Of a stretch of DNA of 64,000 bases, positions 24,221 through 32,736 are shown one piece after another. The stretch spans positions 1 to 64,000 of the forward strand of contig JAWMAR010002018.1 of NCBI GenBank assembly GCA_036785375.1, in the 5' to 3' direction. A program made the translations under genes and the position numbers. Position 1 is the stretch's first letter. Each line of letters starts with the position of its first letter. The notes beneath the pieces were generated by a model, which ran no database searches, was not told the DNA's origin, and saw only the letters and a list, made by a program, of their open reading frames with translations. This DNA comes from Leucoraja ocellata (lineage: Eukaryota).

Positions 24221-26339
24221 TGCAAGTGGACTTGCTGTATTACACATTACAGTTTTAATCTTTCTTATTTAGCTGTAACTATATCACAACCTTTTTCTGT
24301 CCTATTGAATGTGATGTGGTGAAATTGCTTTTTGTAAATATTGCCACCATTGTATGAATGCAAGCCATATCTTGATACTCACTGATGGTCCACATTATCA
24401 GGAAATCTTTTCTCTCGGTGTTCTGTGAAATAAGATAAGGATGATTTTATAAAGTTCTTTCCAAAGGGTCTCTCTTTTGATTAATGCATTCTCAGAGGAA
24501 TTTTCAGTTCATCTTAAACTTAGCCTTGTTCTCCTGATATTCAAGTAGATTTGCGTCACACTGGTTACAGGCTGACGAACAATGACCGATTTCGGCTCGG
24601 CATTGCTAAATCCAATTGCAGTGTCTTCGCTGCTGTTTTGGTTAACATTAGCTTTGTAAATGCACACCACAAATGGTTCTGTGGATTTCACAGGATAATT
24701 CCCCTCCACATTGTTGTGGAATGATTTGTAACCACGTCAACAATAAGTGTAATGGGTTTAAGTATGGAAATTAAATGGGTAAGGCCGAAGGGGGGCTCCT
24801 CGTGTTTTGCCAATGTGTCTAAAACTGACTCCTTGCTGCACTAATGCTGCACAGTGGCCATGGAACAAATAATTCCATCAGATGACAGCATATTACAGAT
24901 TCTCTTTGTCTGCATGAGCTTTACACTTTAGGATGTCTCACACACTATTCTTTTGGGTAACTCCGCTGCTTCTGTATGACAAACGGATTTTATTTGAGAA
25001 AATATAAATAATTTTCAATTATTTTACACAAACCAGCAGTAATCCTATGCTCACAATTATAGGTTACAATTCCATTCTTCTTTTTGATGTGTTCCCACCC
25101 CTGCCCTTCCCTCTACATGCTCTCAAACCATCTCAAGTTCTGTGCTTTCCTCTTCCCCACTACATCGTCACCCTTTATCTCACACCATTCCTCAACCTTT
25201 TACTCATATATCCCTTGCTTGCATATTTCCATATCTCCCCCTATTCTTGACCCTCTTCCTCTTCTCTCCCGACCCCCCCCCCCCCCCCCCTCCACCTACC
25301 CACTACCCCTTGTTGTGTTGTGGCTGCAGTGATTCTGAGCCAGAATGAAAAGGCTGATCATGTTCCAGTCATCCATTACCCTCAACAATGACATATATAA
25401 AATGAGGGAGGTGAGAAATTTGTGCCAAAGAGGCAATAGAGACCATCACATCTAACAAATCATCATTTTCATTCCATAAAGGTTTCATTTTCAAATGGTG
25501 ACCAGAATAATGATCACAAACACAAAGTTAAGTTATATTGTGTTTAATTTATACAGATCGTGCAGAGAATCACTCTGTGATACACAGCAGTAAAATTCTG
25601 CAGAATATTTGTGGCAGTCCAAACCATTCTCTCTTTATTGATATTGAGGTTAGTTGCCCACTGCTCCTGTTGGGAAAATTGAGATAAGAAAAATAAAGCA
25701 ATGGCTCAAGCAGCATTTAAACTGGGGATCATCAACACTTTCTGAGCATATTAACCAAAATAACAAGAATAAGATTGCACAATTTTATCCCATGGTTTGT
25801 GAATGCAAAGTACAGTATTAGAACCAGTGCATTACTATAAAGTTATCCTATTCAATTCCCCGTTTACCCCATGCTAGAGTCTCGATTATTTGTAACATTC
25901 AATATGTCTGAACTTCAACACAATGTTGGTTACTTATTTAACAGTAGAGGGCATACTAGCTTGTTACACAATTATACATTTTCTCACAGCTTTGCGGCAC
26001 AGTGTTTCTCTGGCACTTTTTCTTCGCAGTAAATAATCAGTTTCACAATATTCTTATTCATTTATTTTAAAAATCTTATTTGCCTTAAAGTTGGCAACTT
26101 AACAGTTCACTGGTAACAAAATAACCGTAATATTCAATTTTCTATGGCAATATGCAATTTGAACAGATTTTCTGCATTCATAACAACTGTTACCAGGACC
26201 AGAATAAAACGCATGTTAATAAACAGAGGTAATAATTCCTGTGCTTCCTTTCAATTTTGCCTCAGTCCTAATTTCCACAAAGAAAGCTCATCACCATGTC
26301 CACTTCCTCAGAAGTTTGAAAATATTTAGTATGTTGCTG

Positions 26340-26569
26340 AAGACTTTATCGAACTTCTAGGGGTAGGAAGCATACTGATTGATTGCATCACGCCCTGGTT
26401 CGGTAACTCAAACATCTACATATTTTATTTACGGTCAGCATTAATGATTATTCTTTTATTGTATTATTGATTAGTGTACATTTGTGTTATTATATTAATG
26501 GGCCTTTAAAGCTGCAAAAAGTAAGAATGTAATTGTTCTGTTCCTCAAATTAAATCCTCTTGACTTCTT
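26340..26569 (+). mobile_element. Rex/Babar-like LINE 3' remnant
   Basis: AGCATACTGATTGATTGCATCACGCCCTGGTTCGGTAAC (SIL..CITPWFGN) and a 3' tail GTAAGAAT...ATTAAATCCTCTTGACT similar to 50330-50380. Confidence 0.55.
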
Positions 26570-27185
26570 TCCCACAGGCCAAGGTCAGGGCCCTGATAAC
26601 AGTGCTCCTCTGCAAAATGATCTACAACCCCGTCCATCACCCATCTAGGTTCCCACTCTCCCCCCCCCCCCCCTTGCAATCCTAACGCTCCCTTTCCACA
26701 CACTGGGCCCCAATTCCCATTGTGTTTTGTAATTTCTGCAATACACCATGTAGGTCTGGTCACAGGCCTCTATTCTGAAAAATAATCTGCTATAATATGT
26801 GACTAACAATGGAAGAATTCAGCAGATCAAGTAACTTTGATGGCGAACAAAGTTCAGGTTGTTGAGCTTTCAAGTAATAGAAGAATCATGCATGAAATAT
26901 TCTTTTGGTCTACTGGCGGCCTACTAAGTATTTCCAGCTTTTTCACTCAATTATCATCTTTACTTCTCAGGCCCAACAGGCTTAGCAGAAGCAGAATAAG
27001 GGTAGCAGTGCAGCTTAAAAGTTTGTGTACAGGTAAGGAAGTGATTTTTTCAGGCCTGTCATCGTTAGCAGCAAATAACAGTCAGGCTTTAATGGAACAG
27101 TTATTTTGTGAGGATCTGCATAGATTAGTTTAATATTATCACGACATCCCTGAGCTTGGCACCAGGAAGGCAACACGTCATCCTG

Positions 27186-27790
27186 AAGGTAGACACAAAT
27201 GCTGGAGTAACTCAGCGGGTGAGGCAGCATCTATGGAGAGAAGTGACGTTTCGGGTCTAGACCCTTCTTCAGACTGATGTCGGGGGGGTGGGCGGGACAA
27301 AGATAGAATGTAGGCAGAGACAGTAGGAGAACTGGGAAGGGGGAGGGGAAGGAGAGAGAGAAAGCAAAGGCTATCTGAAGTTAGTGAAGTCAACGTTCAT
27401 ACGGCTGGGGTGCAAACTACCCAAGCGAAATATTAGGTGCCGTTCCTCCAATTTGCACTAGGCCTCACTCTGACAATGGAGGAGGGGCCCAGGTCAGACT
27501 GGGAATGGGAGGGGGAGTTAAAGTGCTGAGCAACCAAGAGATCAGGTAGGTTACGACGGACTGAGTGGAGGTGTTCAGCAAAACGATTGCCGAGCCTGCA
27601 CTTGGTCTCGCCAATGCAGGGAAGTTGACACCTGGAACAGCGGATACAGTAGATGAGATTGGAGGAGGCGAGGTGCAAGTGAACCTCTGTCTCACATGGA
27701 AAGACTGTTTGGGTCCTTGGATGGAGTCGAGGTAAAGGGACAGGTGTTGCATTTCCTGAGGTTGCAGGGGAAAGTACCCGGGGAGGGTAC
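27186..27790 (-). mobile_element. 5'-truncated Penelope-like retroelement: GIY-YIG endonuclease remnant plus terminal repeat with hammerhead motif
   Basis: Translation NLIYCIRCSRCQLPCIGETKCRLGNRFAEH...VAQHFNSPSH is a Penelope GIY-YIG (frameshifted). The terminus contains CTGAAGAAGGGTCTAGACCCGAAACGTC (27245-27272, minus). Confidence 0.92.
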
Positions 27791-27892
27791 TTGATTATTG
27801 TACATTTGTGTTATTATATTAATGGGCCTTTAAAGCTGCAAAAAGTAAGAATGTAATAGTTCTGTTCCTCAAATTAAATCCTCTTGACTTCT

Positions 27893-28075
27893 CTGGCAAT
27901 GAAGGAGCCCAGACAAAGGTCTGCATGGGAAGGGGAATTTGAATGGTTAGCAACCAGGAGATCCAGCAAGCCTAGGCTGACCAAGTCAAAGTATTCAGCG
28001 AAACATTCTCCTTGTCTAAGCCTGGTCTTGCTGGTGTAAAGGAGGCCGCAGCAGGAGGATCGAATGCAGTAGATG
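27893..28075 (-). mobile_element. Older, decayed Penelope GIY-YIG fragment
   Basis: Aligns by eye with 27480-27655 (GTATTCAGCGAAAC..., CTGGTCTTGCTGGTGTAAAGGAG..., CGAATGCAGTAGAT). Confidence 0.6.
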
Positions 28076-28106
28076 TGGTTAGAGGATGTGGTTAGAGGAA
28101 CTGGTC

Positions 28107-29187
28107 GCAGCCAGAGAGTCAGAGTGGGCCATCATACATCCACGGCCCTCAGCCTCAGTACCGGCTCTCCACAGGGCTGCGTACTGAGCCCCCTGCTCTA
28201 CACCATCTACACACATGACTGCACCCCCGCCCACCACAGCAACACCATTGTCAAATTTGCGGATGACACTACGGTGGTGGGACTCATCTCCGGGGGGGAC
28301 GAGTACGCCTACCGGGATGAGGTGGAGCAGCTGACAGTGTGGTGTGAAGAAAATAACCTGCTCCTCAACACCTTAAAGACAAAGGAAGTAATAATAGACT
28401 TCAGGAAGAACAAAACGGACATGGTACCATTGACTATCAGAGGGGACTGTGTAGAGAGGGTGGCGGATTTCCGCTTCCTGGGAATCCATATTGAGGAGGA
28501 CCTGACGTGGAGCGTGAACACCACTGCGCTGCTGAAAAAGGTCCAGCAGAGACTGCACTTCCTGAGGGTGCTCAGGAAGAATAACATCACTCAGAGACTG
28601 CTGCTGTCCTTTTATCGGTGCTCCATTGAGAGCATACTAACATACTGTGTATGCGTGTGGTACACCAGCTGCACAGCGGCTCAGAGGAAAGCGCTCCAGA
28701 GGGCCATTGACAACGCCCAGAGGATTGTCGGCTGCCCTCTCCTTACCTTGGAGGACTTACACAGTTCCTGCTGCACCAAAAAATCCCAGAATATCATAAA
28801 GGACATTTCCCACCCCGGACACTCCCTGTTTGAACTGTTGCCGTCAGGCAGACGGTACAGATCTACAAGGACAAATAGACTAAAAAACAGTTTTTACCCC
28901 ACTGCTATAAAAGCACTAAATGTAGCCGCCAAGGAACGCAGGGGCGATACAGACTAAGGGACTGTGGTAACTGTGGAATCGACAGAAGGATGGAGGGTTG
29001 GGTGTGTATGCGTGCTTTGTCCGTGATATTTATTTAGTTGTTTATCTTTAATATTTTACCTTGTATGTATCGTTAGCTTTTAGAAATGTTTGAATGCTGC
29101 ACTGACTGGCTGACATTTTAAATTTCGTTGTACATGGTTCATGTTACAATGACAATAAAGAAACTATTCTATTCTATTCTATTCTAT
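28107..29187 (+). mobile_element. Young 5'-truncated Rex1/Babar-clade LINE (RT C-terminal ORF open to 28957)
   Basis: GSPQGCVLSPLLY..., KFADDTTVVGLI, LNTLKTKEVIIDFRK and HPGHSLFELLPSGRRYR without stops. AATAAA and an (ATTCT)n tail at 29155-29187. Confidence 0.92.
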
Positions 29188-29342
29188 AAGGTTTGGTCGA
29201 AATGTATTTAACTGAAAATTACCACTGTTGATAACCTCCATGTTGTACCCAACAACACATTGAAAACCATCCACATCAAATTCAGTTTTGAAACAGACTG
29301 CACATTTCACTTCTCACTCTGCAGGTGCCTTACCTCATTGAC

Positions 29343-30838
29343 TTAAGTCTCATCCTTTGTGTTTCTCTGTAGGAAAGTCTTGATTTTATGATAGAGGGCC
29401 TGGACCCCCTTCTTCAATTTTTTCCAGTAATCTTTGGAGTCCATGACCTCCTGATAGGCAATGTCACTCAGCACACAGGTGTACGGGTTTGAGTCCAAAC
29501 ACGTTACATTATTGAGATGGCACTGCTTGTCCAGTCTGCTGCAGTTACACACCTTGTAATTGCATGGTTTCCTTTGGAAATTGCTGGGCTGGTAGTCATT
29601 GGAATGCAGAGTGATGCCAGTCTTTGTGTCCATGATGCCCCGAATACGGGACATGCTGCTATTCAGACAGTTGCAGTACCAAGCGCTCCACCTAGCCCAG
29701 CTGTAGGAAGAGCTGTCCAGGGAGATCACAATAGTCTGTGGCTCAGGTGATTTTGTGATTTCTATATTTCCCCCCACCGTTTGGGTCACGTGTTTGTCAG
29801 GCACAATGCTAAATTTATGTTCCTCTATTTTGGCCACAACAATATTTTCAGTTATTTTACTTGGGTGGTTGGGGTGGTGGCTGTCACATTATCAGTATTT
29901 TCATTCCCCGCAGTGACCACACGCTCATCTAATGCATTTGTATCTGAATAATGTTTGGTTATGATTTCTCTGCCATTGGTTAAAATGACAGAGTTGTTAC
30001 TGTTTTCAGACCTGGTAATCTTAATTTCTGACCTATTGCCGATTACGAGGGATGAAGCACTATCAGTATTGGTCCCATTTGAGGTGGCAACAATTATTTC
30101 ATCACCTTTATTTAAGATAATTGGAGTTAAACTGGAGTTTTCAGATTCCTTGGAGTTGGTGATGATGATCTCGGCCCCACCGCCACCACCGCCCAGCACG
30201 ATGGGCATCGACGTATCATTGCCCCCTGTTTCTGAATGGGCAATGATGATCTCGTCGCCAACTCTTAACACAATGGGCATCCTACTCTCCGTCTCCGTCC
30301 CGTTTGAATTGATGATCACAATCTCTGCGCCACTATTCACTGGCACTGGGACATCAGTCTGGAGGGCTGCCATGTCATTCAGGGTCCCCGTCGCAATACG
30401 GGTGGAGTTAGAAAGAACAACATGAGCCGAGGCCTCAAGCAAGGTGTACTCAGCACTGCTAGGCTGGGTACTAGTCGGCTGGCGACTAGTGGAGTGGTTG
30501 CTGCCACTGCTGCTCGCTATGGCAACCACCACGGTAGCCTGGTCACTGGCCTCGATGATGGACACCATGGTCGAGGTGGCATTGGGCAGGGCGCTACCGT
30601 TCGAGGCAATAGCGGGCAGGGCGCTACCGTTCGAGGCAATGGCGGGCAGGGCGATGACGGGCTGGACGCCTGCGGCCTGGGTGCTGCCGGTGGTCGTGAT
30701 AAGCAGCGACTGCGCACTGTTACCCGGCGCCTTCACCTCCTCAACCAGCTTCACCTTCGTCTGTTCCCGCACGGCAGTCAGCGTGGCCCCGAGCAGCATC
30801 GGCTGCACAAGCAAGAAGACTAAGGTCGCTAGTCGCAT
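29343..30838 (-). CDS. MENT: C1orf56/MENT orthologue (secreted, about 498 aa if the frame is restored). The reading frame is broken by a 1-nt shift at about 29852-29888.
   Basis: Signal peptide MRLATLVFLLVQPMLLGA from ATG 30838, then a Ser/Thr-rich region. The C-terminal ORF has WSAWYCNCLNSSMSR, KPCNYKVCNC...C and YWKKLKKGVQALYHKI, matching MENT WGPWHCHCKSGTMSR / KPCTYQQCPC / FWKRVRIGLEDIWNSL. It lies between CDC42SE1 and BNIPL as in human. Donor GAG|GTAAGG lies 9 nt after the stop. Confidence 0.82.
30584..30653. repeat. 30-bp coding tandem repeat (ALPAIASNGS x2.3)
   Basis: GGGCAGGGCGCTACCGTTCGAGGCAAT(A/G)GC twice plus a partial third copy. Confidence 0.95.
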
Positions 30839-30839
30839 A

Positions 30840-31110
30840 GCTGTCGCTTGTGTCCTCAGGCGGTAAGACGTGGGTTGCACCGACCATCATGGCGGCCATT
30901 AGCGGCAGCGACGGTTGCCGGCGGCGCGCGCGTATCCAAGGGCGCCCTTTCTGCCGTCACGTACCTCGTGCTCACACCCTGACCAATCGCGCGGCTTCCC
31001 GCCCAAACACCGAGTTGTCCGCTCGCCAGCACAACGCCGTCATCATTCTGGACAATCCCGACCTTACTCTTTTCAACAATTACCGTCTACACGTTCTTAA
31101 AATATCGTCG
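30840..31110 (-). promoter_or_regulatory. CpG-island promoter of the MENT orthologue
   Basis: Very CpG-rich. CCAAT at 30983-30987, TTCCCGCCC (E2F/GC-box-like) at about 30997-31005, YY1-like GGCGGCCATT at 30891-30900. Confidence 0.7.
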
Positions 31111-32642
31111 GTTGTGTTTGATCTCTTCATGTGATGCGGTTACCTCTGGCCACAAAGGGTAAAGAAAGTACAATAATGCGAAGTATGGCCACTGTGAGAA
31201 CTGGATCTTTGGTCAAGGTGACATGGCTACCTAGTGCTCAGGTGGCTGATGCCTTTGGAGTTTAAACCTCCAGTTTAAATTCTATTTGGAATATTTTGGA
31301 GGACCAAGAACCAAGATGTGATCCTAGTCGCTAATCATAGTAACCTGCCACCTGCAAAGACTAATTCACCACCTGCACAAATAAAGAGAAACCCCATCAT
31401 GGGAGTCAATGGGTTACAAATGCCAAGACAATGCCATGCTAGACTCTTGCGGAGGTGTAATTTCTTCAGCATGGTTATTCAAAAAGCTGCAAAAAACCAG
31501 GAGCCACCATCGTCATGTACAGAACTGCCAGGCAGTGGGATGGCTCAGATTGACTTTTCCAACACCACATCCATCCTGTAGCTACGGACTACAGAGGCCG
31601 CATCTCCAAATGATAGGGGCATCTAAAAGTTTCTGATCTTCCATCAAACAACTGGCTCAGGTAACTATTTATGCTGGCAGGAAAGTTGCAAAGCAGAGGA
31701 TCCAGGTGAAAAAAAACCCAAATAAAAGGCCAGGAGAGTGAAGAAGGATTTTATTGCTGATCCAGAATGGACTGTCTGAAAGTTAATTGATCAATGATTC
31801 AACTTTCAAACAGGAAATTGGATTTGTAAATCATGTGTGAAATCAGAGTGTGAGTCATTCATAGGGCTGGCATATAGTGATTGAATGGTCTCCAGTGCTG
31901 TACGATTCAAATACATATTAAACATTCAGGGAGTGTGGCTATTGCTATCTCTAATTTAACAGGCAGTTTAAGAGTCCATCCCACTTATGGGTCTGGAGTC
32001 GTGTCGTTTTGCAGTTCTGGAGGACAGGGTGGTGAAGAAGGCCTTTGGCATGCTTGCATTTGGATATCTACATGGATAAGGATTTAGAGAGCCAAATGGG
32101 AGGACCCGAGGATACCAACTTGGTCCACATGGACACTTTGGGCTGAAGGTCATGTTTCCATGTTATATAGTTCTATGACTCAAAGCTAGATGAGTTAAGG
32201 ACATCAGATTTCCTTCCCTCATGGACGTTAGGGAACTTCGTGATCTTGTACTTCAATCCAATCGATTTATGCCTTCTGTATCCAGATTGAATGCCAGATT
32301 TAGTTAATTACTTGAATTTAACATCACCAGATGAGATTCAGAATTGTGTGTCTCTGGTTTAAAACATAACCGCCATGCTAATGTGCCTATTTATATTATA
32401 TTGGTATTAGAGCTAATTGAACTTCTCCAAACTGTTTCCACCTGCTACAATTTGTAAAATTTGTCCTTCAAAATGTCAAAGCCTTTCCTCTCATTACAAC
32501 AAAAATCATTGCTCCTGAATTATAGAAATGTAAGGCACAGGAAGGCCCTAAATTTAGGGCACAGTCAGGCCATGTGACAACATACTCATCCAGGTACTTT
32601 TAAATACGTTCGAGATTTCTGCAGCCAGCATTGACAATGAGA

Positions 32643-32736
32643 AGGTACACAAAATTGCTGGAGAAACTCAGCGGGTGCAGCAGCATCTATGTAGCGAAGA
32701 AAATAGGCGACGTTTCGGGCCGAAACCCTTCTTCAG
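32643..32736 (-). mobile_element. Minimal (about 95 bp) Penelope-terminus insert with an intact hammerhead-like core and a 13-bp TSD
   Basis: ATTGACAATGAGA at 32630-32642 and 32737-32749. Minus strand CTGAAGA-A-GGGTTTCGGCCC-GAAAC-GTC at 32709-32736. Confidence 0.88.

Noticed and set aside
28073-28957. 294-aa ORF as a host gene
   Set aside because: It is the RT C-terminus of a 5'-truncated Rex/Babar LINE with its own microsatellite tail.
29809-29860. Micro-intron that would repair the MENT frame
   Set aside because: The donor CAA|GTAAAA is weak. The nearest AGs give 36- or 52-nt introns that lack a pyrimidine tract and do not restore the frame.
29955-30866. Plus-strand ORFs of 133-156 aa overlapping MENT
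   Set aside because: Antisense shadows of a GC-rich coding strand, with no independent motifs.
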